From NCBI GenBank assembly GCA_026129095.1, contig JAHCIT010000007.1, positions 62,001-126,000 on the forward strand: DNA of 64,000 nucleotides, in the 5' to 3' direction. The position numbers were made by a program, and so were the translations under genes. Below the pieces are notes generated by a model that was not told the DNA's origin, did not search any database, and saw only the letters and a program-made list of their open reading frames with translations. Shown here in pieces: positions 1-9,981 of this stretch (within the stretch, counting starts at the first letter, position 1; every line of letters begins with the position of its first letter). Source of the stretch: Deltaproteobacteria bacterium (GTDB lineage Bacteria > JAGRBM01 > JAHCIT01).

Positions 1-286
1 CCCGGGCCAGCCGTATGTGGCCTATCTGGCTTTCCTCGGTGAGATCAAAGAGGTCGCTGGCAACGGGATTTCCCGACAACGTTTGGAATGTGAGTGGACG
101 GACGAATTCCTGGGCGCTGCGTGTCATCATTACCTGCACCGATGCACCAGCCTTCTGGATAAGCCGCATGATTTCGACCGCCTTGTAGGCGGCAATACCG
201 CCCCCCACGGCGAGCAGTATCCTCTTCCCCCGGAGTGCGGGATCACCGGTAATGGCAGCGGCCGGGGAAGCTGGCTTGGATTTCAT
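1..286 (-). CDS. coaBC: Bifunctional phosphopantothenoylcysteine decarboxylase/ligase, N-terminal part (runs off the window)
   Basis: Not in the ORF track. Manual translation from ATG at 286 gives MKSKPAS...[56 protein letters not shown]...IGHIRLAR, the typical CoaC flavoprotein N-terminus. Confidence 0.92.
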   Translation of the reverse strand, partial: MKSKPASPAAAITGDPALRGKRILLAVGGGIAAYKAVEIMRLIQKAGASVQVMMTRSAQEFVRPLTFQTLSGNPVASDLFDLTEESQIGHIRLAR

Positions 287-296
287 CGGGCCCCGG

Positions 297-773
297 CTAG
301 CTCTTCACCCGTTCGGCGATGGAGTCGAAATAGCTTTGCACATGGTCGGTGCTTTTCTGTTCCAGCGCACGGCGTATCTGTGACACCGGAAAGATGAAGC
401 CCTCCTGGGGATGGGCAATACAGAGTTCCTTGAAACCCTCGTTATACCGCCAATCACCGCCGAAGGTCCGCCTGATCACTTCGCCCAGGTAGAAACCCAT
501 TTCCTCAATTGTCGGATCTGAAAGGGTATTCTTGGCATAGTTGCGTTCCAGCACGGTGTCGATCGCTTTCAGGGTCGCCCGGCCGAAGTCGAGTTTTTCA
601 CCTGTCGCCTTTTCGTGATCCCGGGCGTAGGCATCGGCTTTCTCTTTCGCATGGGTGGCAAGCCGTTCCGGGCTGGCGGAGGCGAGATCATGCGACTTGC
701 GGCTGAACATGACTGCCAAAACAGCCACTACCGCTACAATTCCAACCAGGACCAACAGGGTCGTCATGTCCAT
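297..773 (-). CDS. Membrane-anchored hypothetical protein (DUF3806-like C-terminal domain)
   Basis: N-terminal TM helix; LDF...LKAID...[16 protein letters not shown]...FP pattern. Confidence 0.6.
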   Translation of the reverse strand: MDMTTLLVLVGIVAVVAVLAVMFSRKSHDLASASPERLATHAKEKADAYARDHEKATGEKLDFGRATLKAIDTVLERNYAKNTLSDPTIEEMGFYLGEVIRRTFGGDWRYNEGFKELCIAHPQEGFIFPVSQIRRALEQKSTDHVQSYFDSIAERVKS

Positions 774-904
774 AACGGCGAGTTACTCTCCCTCAACTCC
801 TTGTATCACTGGCCATTTTCACGGGCAATGGGCGTTGGCTACCATGGGCGGGCACCAAAACCGGCCTACCCGCAACTCGGCATGGGAGGCCAGGAGATAC
901 AACC

Positions 905-1726
905 ATGCCTGAATCCATACCGTTTGCATCCACAGTGGTTCTCCTGAGACCGGGAATGGATGTGTTCCTGATGAAGCGGCACGGCAAAAGCGGCTTCATG
1001 GGCGGGGTGCATGTATTTCCGGGCGGCAAGGTGGATGAGGATGACCGCGCTGCGGACTGGACTGAAGTCATCGGGGCGGCAGCCGTCAGCCCGCTCACCA
1101 CAAAAGTTCCCGGCCTCACTGAAACCGACGCACGGGCACTCATTGTCGCCTCCATACGGGAAACCCTGGAGGAAGCGGGAGTGATTCTGGGCGGACCGGC
1201 TCCGACGGGACTGGAGGCAGTCCAGCAGAAACTGAACGCCAGCGAAATGCGGTTCCTGGACTGGGTACGCGAGACAAATGTCCGCCTCGACACTGATCGA
1301 CTGGCCTTTTTCGACCACTGGATCACACCACCCATTGAAAAAAAACGGTTCGATACATTCTTCTTCGCCGCTGCCATCCCTGAAGGCCAGACGGCGACAT
1401 CGGTCAGCCGGGAAACCACCGAAGGAGTCTGGATGCAGCCAGCCGAGGCCGTGGACCGCTATCGCGCCGGAGAGATCACGCTGGCACCCCCCACCTGCAC
1501 GACACTGCTGAGACTCTCCAGGTTCCGTGACCCCGGCGAGGCCATTGAAAGCCTCCGCCGCCGCCCCGTCGCCACCATGCTCCCCAAGGTATCGCAGGAA
1601 AATGGCCAGATGATTCTCATGCTGCCGGGCCACCCCGGCTATGGCCCACATGAAGGCGAACTGGATCCCGAAGGGCCATCCTGCGTCCGCATGAACGGCG
1701 GGAAGTGGTTCCCGGAAACCCGATGA
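905..1726 (+). CDS. NUDIX hydrolase, NUDT19-like
   Basis: VFPGGKVD...RETLEEAG split Nudix box; HWITP...RFDTFFF; LAPPT. Confidence 0.85.
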   Translation: MPESIPFASTVVLLRPGMDVFLMKRHGKSGFMGGVHVFPGGKVDEDDRAADWTEVIGAAAVSPLTTKVPGLTETDARALIVASIRETLEEAGVILGGPAPTGLEAVQQKLNASEMRFLDWVRETNVRLDTDRLAFFDHWITPPIEKKRFDTFFFAAAIPEGQTATSVSRETTEGVWMQPAEAVDRYRAGEITLAPPTCTTLLRLSRFRDPGEAIESLRRRPVATMLPKVSQENGQMILMLPGHPGYGPHEGELDPEGPSCVRMNGGKWFPETR

Positions 1727-2376
1727 AGCTCCAAAAACTCCGGGTGGCACGGAAACCCCATCCGCTCACAAGGCCCGGTTCCTTTTTCACCGTGGAAGGC
1801 TACCGCCTCGTGAACGACTACGGCGGCGGCAAGCGGTCGAAAAGTTATAATTGCGAAAGCGTCCACCGGCGGGGGACCGACGGTGTCGCGATTCTTATCT
1901 ATCGCCGGGGCCGCCGTGGTCAGACCGAAATTCTCCTCAAGGAATGCATCCGGCCGCCAATACTGCTTCGCGCCCCGCGCGTTAGGAAGAACCGACCCAA
2001 TCCCCCGCTCCTTCTGGAAATTGTGGCTGGCTCAAGGGAACCGGGCGACCAGACACAAACAGATCTGAAAAAGCGGGCCGCCGCCGAAATTCTCGAAGAG
2101 GCAGGCATACGGGTAAAGCCGGCGCTGGTTATGCCTATGGGGTTACCGGTTTTCACATCTCCCGGCGGCCTCTCCGAGGAAGTCCACATCTTCCAGTGCG
2201 ATGTGACGGGTCTTCCTCAATCGGGAGCGCAAATGCACGGTGCCCATCCGCTCGAACTCCACGCCCCACTACACTGGATTCCCCTGGAAACCGGACTCCA
2301 GTGGCTCAGGTCCGGAAAAGTCACCGACGCCAAGACCGAAATTGCAATCAGACGATTTGTGGAATGGGCGAGGTAA
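1723..2376 (+). CDS. NUDIX hydrolase (ADP-ribose/NDP-sugar pyrophosphatase-like)
   Basis: LEIVAG...AAAEILEEAG; SPGGLSEEVHIF; DAKT; ATGA overlap with the upstream gene. Confidence 0.85.
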   Translation: MKLQKLRVARKPHPLTRPGSFFTVEGYRLVNDYGGGKRSKSYNCESVHRRGTDGVAILIYRRGRRGQTEILLKECIRPPILLRAPRVRKNRPNPPLLLEIVAGSREPGDQTQTDLKKRAAAEILEEAGIRVKPALVMPMGLPVFTSPGGLSEEVHIFQCDVTGLPQSGAQMHGAHPLELHAPLHWIPLETGLQWLRSGKVTDAKTEIAIRRFVEWAR

Positions 2377-2420
2377 CTGATCCGTCGCCTTTATAACCGC
2401 CTCCGGTTATTAGGTACGGA

Positions 2421-4340
2421 ATGGACCTGATCGTCGGGATGTTCCGGCTACTCCGAACACCGTCGGCTTGGCTGTTGGCGGCAGCCTTGGGGCTTACTGC
2501 CCATGCGATTCGCTTCAATCCGGCATCCGGGTTTGTCACCGGCATTGACAACAATCACCAGATTGCCATTCTCGAATGGTTCTACCGGTCGGTCGCCCTC
2601 AGTGCCGGTCCGCTTCACTCGCCCGACTTCTACTATCCTGAACCGGGGATGCTCCTGACCTCGGAAGTCCCGGTGGTGCAGGGACTGGTTTACACAGCCC
2701 TGCGGACTGCAGGCGCCAACAATTTTCTTGCGTTCAATCTGGCACTTGCATTGCTGCTGTACGGAACAATGGCCGCCGCCTATGCGGCCTTCCGCTACGA
2801 GCGGTTTTCCCCCGAAGCATCAATTATCGCGGCGATATTCTATGCGAATTACGATGCCTGGCTGGTCTATCTTCCGGGGTCCATGTGGTATGGAGGCGGA
2901 TTTGGTCTGCCGCTCGCCTGGATGGGTCTGACCTGTTACCGGCGAGGCGACCACCGCGGAGCGTGGTGGCTCGCCGCATCTCTGGTAGTCCAGTTCCTTG
3001 CAAGCATGACGCTGGCCATGGCGGCCCTTCTGCTTGCCGGCACCAGGGCAGTTTCAGACCCGTATTTGCGCCGCCGTTTCCCGGCATTTTGCGCCGCCTG
3101 CATCCCGGTCGCCTGGTGCGGGCTCGCTTATGCCAACGCAGCCAGCCAACTGGCGCCATACCCTGCAAGGCTCGGCCTTGGCTTTCTCCTTTCCCAGCAG
3201 TTCTTCTACCGGCTCGATTTGTCCAATTTCGTCCCGTGGATTGGCGACTGCTTCGCCTCCGGGTTCAGTCACTTCATTCGCTGGCCCAGTTCCCACGATG
3301 CCTTCTCACCGTTCCTTATTCTCTGGACGGCATTTGCATCCATCGCGTGCTGGCAACACCGGACAAGCCGGCAAGCGACCAGCCATACGCTGCGAGTAAC
3401 AGCCGTAGCCCTAGCCTGCCTGATCGCATTATCTGTGACCGTGCTGATACACTGGAAGCTGTCTGCACAGTTTGGCCTCCCGATCTGGTTCTGGATTGCG
3501 ACGTTTTGTTTCTGGACCGGCATTCTCTGGACTAGCAAGCGGCTAACAGCTGCGGCGACAACCGGTCCTGCCAGTGAGCTTCTTACACTGAACACAATAA
3601 TGGGACTGTCGTTTCTCACAGCATTGGGCCCAGTGATTTTCGTGTCGGGTGCGCCGGTCGCAGCCGGACCGGCTGCATTCCTTGATCTTGTGGTTCCGGG
3701 CTTTGCCCAGATGCGTGTCACAGCGCGCACATTGCTGGCCGGCGGCTTTGCCCTGTGCATGTTGCTGGCGATGGCCGTGCACAGGTTCTTGTCCCATCGT
3801 GACTGGGCCAAAACAGTCGCCACACTCTTGGCCACCGGGCAACTGCTCATGGTTACCCACCGGCTACCATGGCCTGACCCTGCTGGCCGGACGACTGATA
3901 TTCGTATTCATGCAGAAGCCTGCCCAAGCTGCTCCGATATCGCACTCGGCACCGTACCGCTTCCGTACCAATGGATACTGGCGCACGGGAAAGCCCCACT
4001 GCTGGAACTTCCCGCCAGCCAAGGATTCGTGGATGATCCTGATCTCAACCATGACACCATCTACCTGTTTTACTGGCTTCTTGATGGAATACCCCGGCTC
4101 AATGGTGTCACTTCAAAAGCGCCTCTGTCTTACCGGCGTTTCGCTGAACAACTGGGCCATTTCCCAGACACCACGACCCTCTCCAGTATCCGCGAACGTG
4201 GCGCACGCTGGCTGGTCGTTCATGGAGACCGGTATCCACTGAATGAATGGAAACGGATTCAGGCCGCACTCGATCCGCCGCCTGAAGGGCTCCGCGTGGA
4301 ACAAAAATGGGGACCGGTCTGGCTCTTTCGGGTAGATTAG
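2421..4340 (+). CDS. Polytopic membrane protein, probable GT-C/YfhO-like glycosyltransferase
   Basis: About 12 hydrophobic segments; FYYPEP early loop; VPGFAQMRVTAR; C-terminal soluble domain LLELP...LNG. Confidence 0.65.
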   Translation: MDLIVGMFRLLRTPSAWLLAAALGLTAHAIRFNPASGFVTGIDNNHQIAILEWFYRSVALSAGPLHSPDFYYPEPGMLLTSEVPVVQGLVYTALRTAGANNFLAFNLALALLLYGTMAAAYAAFRYERFSPEASIIAAIFYANYDAWLVYLPGSMWYGGGFGLPLAWMGLTCYRRGDHRGAWWLAASLVVQFLASMTLAMAALLLAGTRAVSDPYLRRRFPAFCAACIPVAWCGLAYANAASQLAPYPARLGLGFLLSQQFFYRLDLSNFVPWIGDCFASGFSHFIRWPSSHDAFSPFLILWTAFASIACWQHRTSRQATSHTLRVTAVALACLIALSVTVLIHWKLSAQFGLPIWFWIATFCFWTGILWTSKRLTAAATTGPASELLTLNTIMGLSFLTALGPVIFVSGAPVAAGPAAFLDLVVPGFAQMRVTARTLLAGGFALCMLLAMAVHRFLSHRDWAKTVATLLATGQLLMVTHRLPWPDPAGRTTDIRIHAEACPSCSDIALGTVPLPYQWILAHGKAPLLELPASQGFVDDPDLNHDTIYLFYWLLDGIPRLNGVTSKAPLSYRRFAEQLGHFPDTTTLSSIRERGARWLVVHGDRYPLNEWKRIQAALDPPPEGLRVEQKWGPVWLFRVD

Positions 4341-4732
4341 CCGTTGCCAGGACCGGGGCCGAGCCGCCGTTCCAGCGCTTCGATCCGCTCCAGAATCCGC
4401 GTCATAACGGCCCGATCAAGGCGAGGTTCCTGAAAAACATTACGGATATCCTTGATCGTACGCTGAAGCTCCAGCGCGTCTTCCTCGAACCGGACGACGT
4501 GACGGGCCGTAAGATCGTTCTGGTTCATGACGTGCCGGAGCTGGCCGAGCACATCGTCGCGGATTCCTTCGGTAGTGGTGTGATATTTTTCAAGCCGCTG
4601 CTCAACCCCATCCAGCCGGGCGTTAAGGCGCGTCTCGGCCCGGCCGATACGGGAGATCGCCCACAATGCCGCTCCCGCTGCCACAACCGACATGGCCCCA
4701 ACCGACGCCCCCAGCAGAAATCCAGCCTCCAT
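4337..4732 (-). CDS. Small TM plus coiled-coil protein (paralog B)
   Basis: 131 aa; core nearly identical to 4741..5175. Confidence 0.8.
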   Translation of the reverse strand: MEAGFLLGASVGAMSVVAAGAALWAISRIGRAETRLNARLDGVEQRLEKYHTTTEGIRDDVLGQLRHVMNQNDLTARHVVRFEEDALELQRTIKDIRNVFQEPRLDRAVMTRILERIEALERRLGPGPGNG

Positions 4733-4740
4733 TTGTTTCC

Positions 4741-5175
4741 CTATCGTTCCGGAGAATGGTCATCCGGGTCGAGACGCCGCTCAATCACTTCAATGCGCTC
4801 AAGAATCCGGTTCATAACAGCCCTATCCAGACGGGGTTCCTGGAACCCATTGCGTACATCCTTGATCGTGCGTTGCAGGGCTACCACGTTTTCCTCGAAT
4901 CTTGTGACGTGCCGCAGAGTCTCTTCTTCCAGCTGGCTGATCCGACCGACAATCAGGTCATTCTGACCCATAACATGGCGAAGCTGGCCAAATACATCAT
5001 CGCGAATACCCTCGGTCGTGGTGTGATACCTTTCGAGCCGCTGTTCGACACCATCCAACCGGGCATTCAGACGTGTTTCAGCCCTGCCGATCCGGGAGAT
5101 CGCCCACAGTGCCGCTCCTGCTGCCGCGGCAGCGAGCGAAACCAGAACGATGAATATCATCGTGGCCAGGCTCAT
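4741..5175 (-). CDS. Small TM plus coiled-coil protein (paralog A)
   Basis: ATG at 5175 overlaps the radical SAM stop (ATGA); paralog of 4337..4732. Confidence 0.8.
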   Translation of the reverse strand: MSLATMIFIVLVSLAAAAAGAALWAISRIGRAETRLNARLDGVEQRLERYHTTTEGIRDDVFGQLRHVMGQNDLIVGRISQLEEETLRHVTRFEENVVALQRTIKDVRNGFQEPRLDRAVMNRILERIEVIERRLDPDDHSPER

Positions 5176-6608
5176 ACGCGCCCCCGGAAAATACACACAG
5201 TCGGCGCAGTGAGACACGGGTCAGCAAATACCCGGTCCAGCATCTGCTGGCGGACCTGGATCGCTTTTGGTGAATTCCACACCGTCTCGAATGGATCACG
5301 CGAGAGGTCCCCGATATATTCGCTCAGTTCGTCATGGTAGTAACACATACGAACCTGCCCATCCTCGGCCACCACCGCTCTGGACCACGGAACCATGCAT
5401 TTCTCCGGGTGCTGGTGGCGCTCGTTCATATGGGCGGAGATTACCTTCTGTTCATCAGTCAACTGCTTTGAGAGAAACCCCTGCCCCACGAAATTGACAG
5501 GCAGCGAGTAAAGCTTGGCCCGGCGATAGGCCTCAGTCAGCAAACGATCATGTTCGACAGGATCAATTTTCAGCTGGGCTGCATAATCGAATACATATTC
5601 GCCGCCGCCCGGCATCACCCGGCTGGCAGTCCAATCGAAGGTGGGGCCGGGGTTCATGTGAAACAGGTCGACACCGTCCACACCCAGCCGGGCGGCCAGA
5701 TCAATAAACTCGGGCAGTTCAGGCAATGCCTCGCGCGTAATACACATGTTGACTATGAGGGTCGGATACTTCCGTCCCATGCTTTTCTTCAGCTGCTGAA
5801 GATTCCCTATGTTTTCGACAATCTTGGCGAACCCGGGCCCCCGGAGTTTCGCATGTGTTTCGGCGCGGGCAGCATCGAGACTGACATTGATGCAGTCCAC
5901 ACGGCGGCCTTCGATGAGGCGCCGGGCCAGTGGTTCGTCCAGCGTGATGCCATGAGTATTGAACCGGACTTTCGTGGGAGGATCTACCAGCCCTAGCACG
6001 TCATCAAAGTAGCGCGCATAAGTCGGCTCGCCCCCACAATGAAGGTACAGGATGTCCAGGTGCCGGAAGACCGGCACGAGATTCACCAGCACGTTCGGAC
6101 TCATGTCGAATTCATCGTTTTGAGTTCGCTTGTTCCGCTCGCAGATGCCGCATGGGGGATTGATGTTGCAGCGGGTGGTAAGCGCCAGCGTCATTTCTTC
6201 CGGATACGAGGTGACACGCGTGATGCCAGCCTCGAACTCTTCCCGCAACCGGCGCCGGTTCTGTTCAGGAGCGGCCAGGCGGGATTCTGCGCTCACCCCG
6301 ATGCTGCCAGCACGGGTCTGCCAACCGGCAGTTTCATCCAGCTTCTGCTCCAGCTGGTCCAAACGTTCCATCATCTTGGCCAGATGTGGCCGCAGGAAGG
6401 CACCCGGTTCGTCTGGTCGTGTGCCGGTTTCCGCCGCCACTGAACTACCAGTATGATTCAGGGATTCCCTAACCTGCTGATGGACCTGATCGAACCGGTC
6501 GTGCATCCGGGTTTCAAACCGCCCCACGCGTGAAATGATGAACAGCGCGGTCCCCAGGATCAGGAGCACCAGTCCGAAACCGGCAGTAACGATCAGCAAC
6601 TCGTTCAT
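5172..6608 (-). CDS. Membrane-anchored radical SAM/SPASM-domain protein
   Basis: CNINPPCGIC; GGEP; VSLDA; C-terminal CMVPW...DGQVRMC...IGDL...VWNS...C...C; N-terminal TM plus coiled coil. Confidence 0.88.
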   Translation of the reverse strand: MNELLIVTAGFGLVLLILGTALFIISRVGRFETRMHDRFDQVHQQVRESLNHTGSSVAAETGTRPDEPGAFLRPHLAKMMERLDQLEQKLDETAGWQTRAGSIGVSAESRLAAPEQNRRRLREEFEAGITRVTSYPEEMTLALTTRCNINPPCGICERNKRTQNDEFDMSPNVLVNLVPVFRHLDILYLHCGGEPTYARYFDDVLGLVDPPTKVRFNTHGITLDEPLARRLIEGRRVDCINVSLDAARAETHAKLRGPGFAKIVENIGNLQQLKKSMGRKYPTLIVNMCITREALPELPEFIDLAARLGVDGVDLFHMNPGPTFDWTASRVMPGGGEYVFDYAAQLKIDPVEHDRLLTEAYRRAKLYSLPVNFVGQGFLSKQLTDEQKVISAHMNERHQHPEKCMVPWSRAVVAEDGQVRMCYYHDELSEYIGDLSRDPFETVWNSPKAIQVRQQMLDRVFADPCLTAPTVCIFRGRV

Positions 6609-6692
6609 CTGTAGCAAAGCGTAACGCCCCCTGCACAGCCGAAACAACCGGATTGGTGCAGACCCCGCTTTGACAACATTGTGATACGTGAT

Positions 6693-7193
6693 TCAGGGGG
6701 TCGAAGCGCCTTCGGGACTGTCCTGGCTAGTAGCATTCGCGGCCTTTTCCGCTGCCTGGGCGAACTCCTCCGCCGTGCCGCTCAACGAGCGGATAAAGTG
6801 GATGATCGACCATGTCTCCCGGGGCCGCAAATGCTTCCAAGAGGGCATCCCCTTCATGGGACGGCCCATCTGGATCGTGAGATAAAGTTCCGTGTCGGAT
6901 CTCGATCGGCTCCACTCCGGCCGGTTGAAGTGTGGAGCCGTCGGCCGCATGGCGATCGTCGGGCCAGGTGCTCCAGTGGCGCTGTGGCAGGCCATGCACG
7001 CAAGCTGATACGTTTTCTTCCCGGCATCGAGGCTTTCCTGCGTAAGGGGCACGGGATTGTAGCTGCTGCCCAATCCCTGCGATGGAACTCCATGCTCCGC
7101 AGCATCCCCCGAAGCTAAAGGCTCAGGGCGAGGCTGGCAGGCGAAGAAAAGGGAAGCCGCAATCAAGAAACCAAGAGAGGGGAACCGGTTCAT
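6693..7193 (-). CDS. Monoheme c-type cytochrome lipoprotein
   Basis: Lipobox FFAC; CMACH heme motif; GMPSW axial Met. Confidence 0.85.
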   Translation of the reverse strand: MNRFPSLGFLIAASLFFACQPRPEPLASGDAAEHGVPSQGLGSSYNPVPLTQESLDAGKKTYQLACMACHSATGAPGPTIAMRPTAPHFNRPEWSRSRSDTELYLTIQMGRPMKGMPSWKHLRPRETWSIIHFIRSLSGTAEEFAQAAEKAANATSQDSPEGASTP

Positions 7194-7274
7194 GGCACAT
7201 TTACATAAAGCCTGACTGTTATCCCGTCAAAACAGGTATGGCCCTGCCCAGCGGGATTTGATACGTTAACGCCC

Positions 7275-9068
7275 ATGTCCGGAACCCTTACGGAACTGAT
7301 CATCGAACGGCACTCGAAGTCGGGCGAGCAGCCCGCCATTCGTTTCTGGAACGGCAAGGAATGGATCTCTCTTACCTGGTCGGAATTTATCTGGCGGGTG
7401 GCAGAGATCGGTCTCGGCCTTGAGGTGACAGGTCTCAAGCGCGGCGAAGTAGTGAATATCCTCGCGGCCACCGGCTTCGACTGGGCAGCCATTGATCTGG
7501 GAACGCTGGTCGCCGGAGGAGTTAGTGTCGGCCTGTATCCGACCCTCACTCCTGAACAGGTACGCTATCAGCTCGATCATTCGGATTCCGTCTGCCTGTT
7601 TGTCGAAAACCAGGCACTCTATGACCGGATCAGGCCCATCCTCAGGGAGCTTACCAAGCTCCGTTACATCATCGCCATCAATCCTGTCACCGATCCTGCC
7701 GAATCCCGGCTCATGCCGCTGGAAGCGGTGCTCAGCAAGGGCGCGAACATGAATGCCCGGGACTCAACAACCTGGATGCACCGGGCCAACCAGGCATCAC
7801 CCGACGATCTGGCTGTCCTGGTCTACACGTCAGGAACCACCGGCCCGCCCAAGGGGGCGATGCTCACGCACCGGAATATCCGGGCCTTCGTGGACCGGAT
7901 TCCCGAAATGCTGCCAATCAAGGGAACCGATCACACAGTCGCTTTCCTGCCAATGGCACATGTGGCCGAACGCGTAGTGGGCCACTACGGCCGGCTGAAT
8001 ACCGGGGCATCGGTCACCTTTGCCCGTTCGCCGGAGACACTGGTGGAAGATATCGGCCTCGCCAAACCGGACTTCTTTGGATCAGTCCCGCGCATATTCG
8101 AGAAAATCCATGGGAAATTTGTCGAGGGACTGGAACGGATGCCACCGGAAAAACGGCGGCTTGCCGAATGGGCCGTGGATATGGGCCGCCAGCACAGTCG
8201 CGTTATCCAGCGGCGGGGAAAGCCGGGCTTGTGGCTCTCGATCCGTCACCGGGTCGCCAAGGCTCTCGTTCTCGGCAAGCTCAAGGACAAGCTGGGCGGC
8301 CGGGTCCGGTTCCTGATCTCAGGAGCCGCTCCCATCAGTTACGACCTGCTCGAGTTTTTTCATGCTTTCGACCTCTTGCCACTGGAGGTTTATGGACTGA
8401 CCGAATCGTCGGCCATTTGCACCGCCAATACTCCGGATGCCTACCGGTTTGGATCCGTTGGGAAGGCCATACCAGGCATCGAAATACAGATTGCCCCGGA
8501 CGGTGAAATCCTCATCAAGGGCGATCTGGTATTCAAAGGATATTTCAAGGAGCCCGGAGCGACAGCCGAAACGTTTCGTGACGGATGGCTCTGCACGGGC
8601 GACATCGGTGAGCTGGATTCAGATGGTTTTCTGAAGATCACCGATCGCAAGAAAAACATCATCATTACCGCTGGCGGCAAGAACATAGCCCCGGCGGGCA
8701 TCGAGAACCTTCTGAAATCCCATCCGCTGGTGGGACAGGCCCTCTACCACGGCGACCGGCGCAAGTTCCCGAGTGCGCTTATCGTCCTGGACCCGGAAGC
8801 TGCTCCGGCCTGGGCGAAATCCCGGAACCTGCCTCCCACTCTAGCCGAACTTGCCCGCCACCCCGATCTGCTGGCCGAAATCGGCACACACGTCGAAAAG
8901 GTGAACCAGTCGCTTGCCCAGTACGAACAGGTCAAAAAATGGATGGTTGTCCCCGAAGAGTTTACCGTTGACAACGGCCTGCTTACCTCGACCCTCAAGG
9001 TCAGGCGCAAGGAAGTGGAAACCCGGTACCGGGAAGTGCTGGACGGCTTCTATCAGGGCGAACACTGA
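7275..9068 (+). CDS. Long-chain fatty acid-CoA ligase
   Basis: YTSGTTGPPKG; YGLTE; TGDIG; DRKK. Confidence 0.92.
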   Translation: MSGTLTELIIERHSKSGEQPAIRFWNGKEWISLTWSEFIWRVAEIGLGLEVTGLKRGEVVNILAATGFDWAAIDLGTLVAGGVSVGLYPTLTPEQVRYQLDHSDSVCLFVENQALYDRIRPILRELTKLRYIIAINPVTDPAESRLMPLEAVLSKGANMNARDSTTWMHRANQASPDDLAVLVYTSGTTGPPKGAMLTHRNIRAFVDRIPEMLPIKGTDHTVAFLPMAHVAERVVGHYGRLNTGASVTFARSPETLVEDIGLAKPDFFGSVPRIFEKIHGKFVEGLERMPPEKRRLAEWAVDMGRQHSRVIQRRGKPGLWLSIRHRVAKALVLGKLKDKLGGRVRFLISGAAPISYDLLEFFHAFDLLPLEVYGLTESSAICTANTPDAYRFGSVGKAIPGIEIQIAPDGEILIKGDLVFKGYFKEPGATAETFRDGWLCTGDIGELDSDGFLKITDRKKNIIITAGGKNIAPAGIENLLKSHPLVGQALYHGDRRKFPSALIVLDPEAAPAWAKSRNLPPTLAELARHPDLLAEIGTHVEKVNQSLAQYEQVKKWMVVPEEFTVDNGLLTSTLKVRRKEVETRYREVLDGFYQGEH

Positions 9069-9959
9069 ATGAGGCTGGTCTCATTTGATGTAAAACGCCG
9101 GGCAGCACTCAGGCGGGCTGGCTTCTGGAAGGATTATCTGGTCGCCGGGCACCGCAACGATCTGGTGGGCGAATCAGGCAAACTGGCATTCTTCATGGTT
9201 CTGGCTTCGCTCCCGTTCGCGCTGCTGGTATTCACCGTCATCAGCCTTCTCCCCACCGAGGGGATGGAAACCGTGCTCGTCGACACGCTTGCCCGTCTGG
9301 TCCCCCGCCCGGCAGTGCCCGTTCTCAAGCAGAACCTTGTCAATACGCTGTCAACGAATGCGGGAGCTACTGTCTGGGTAGGGGCTCTTGGGTCAATCCT
9401 GATCGCCGCACGTGGAGTTGCTGTCTTTGAAACCAACATCAACCGCGCCCGCGGAACCACCGACGAGCGTTCCTATCTGCGGGCCTGGTTTGAGCGCATC
9501 GTCATTTCCGCAGTTCTCGGAATGCTCATGTCTGCGGCACCCTTGATCCTGCTCTCCGGCTGGCGGATAACGGAGTTTCTCGCTTCCCAGCTTCATACAC
9601 CCCAGCTCACGCTGACACTCTGGCATGTGACACGTTATGCGGTCGTCATCCTGATGGTGACACTGGCAGCGTCGGTCCTGTATGCCGTCGGTACTGCCAA
9701 TGACCGGCCCTGGCGATGGTTTACCGCCGGGACACTGATGGCTACTGCCGGCTGGCTTTCGGGTTCACTGATATTCAAGGCCCTGCTCGGCCGCTTCCGC
9801 GACTATAACGTGATCTACGGATCGCTGGGCTCGATATTCATCACCATCACCTGGATATACATGAGTTGCCTGTTCTTCATTGCTGGCGCCTGGCTGGATG
9901 GTTCGCTCGACAAGGCCGTCAACGGCGAGACGGCCCCGACCCCGGCGGCAATTGCCTGA
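9069..9959 (+). CDS. YihY/BrkB family membrane protein
   Basis: LAFF...SLPF; YNVIYGSLGSI...WIY. Confidence 0.88.
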   Translation: MRLVSFDVKRRAALRRAGFWKDYLVAGHRNDLVGESGKLAFFMVLASLPFALLVFTVISLLPTEGMETVLVDTLARLVPRPAVPVLKQNLVNTLSTNAGATVWVGALGSILIAARGVAVFETNINRARGTTDERSYLRAWFERIVISAVLGMLMSAAPLILLSGWRITEFLASQLHTPQLTLTLWHVTRYAVVILMVTLAASVLYAVGTANDRPWRWFTAGTLMATAGWLSGSLIFKALLGRFRDYNVIYGSLGSIFITITWIYMSCLFFIAGAWLDGSLDKAVNGETAPTPAAIA

Positions 9960-9981
9960 CGGGTATGCTATCGGAACCACC

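Noticed and set aside
4337-5175. Duplication as an assembly artefact or as classical RiPP precursors
   Set aside because: The copies differ by many synonymous changes and an indel. They are 131-144 aa TM/coiled-coil proteins with no leader-core layout, and no peptidase or transporter is adjacent.
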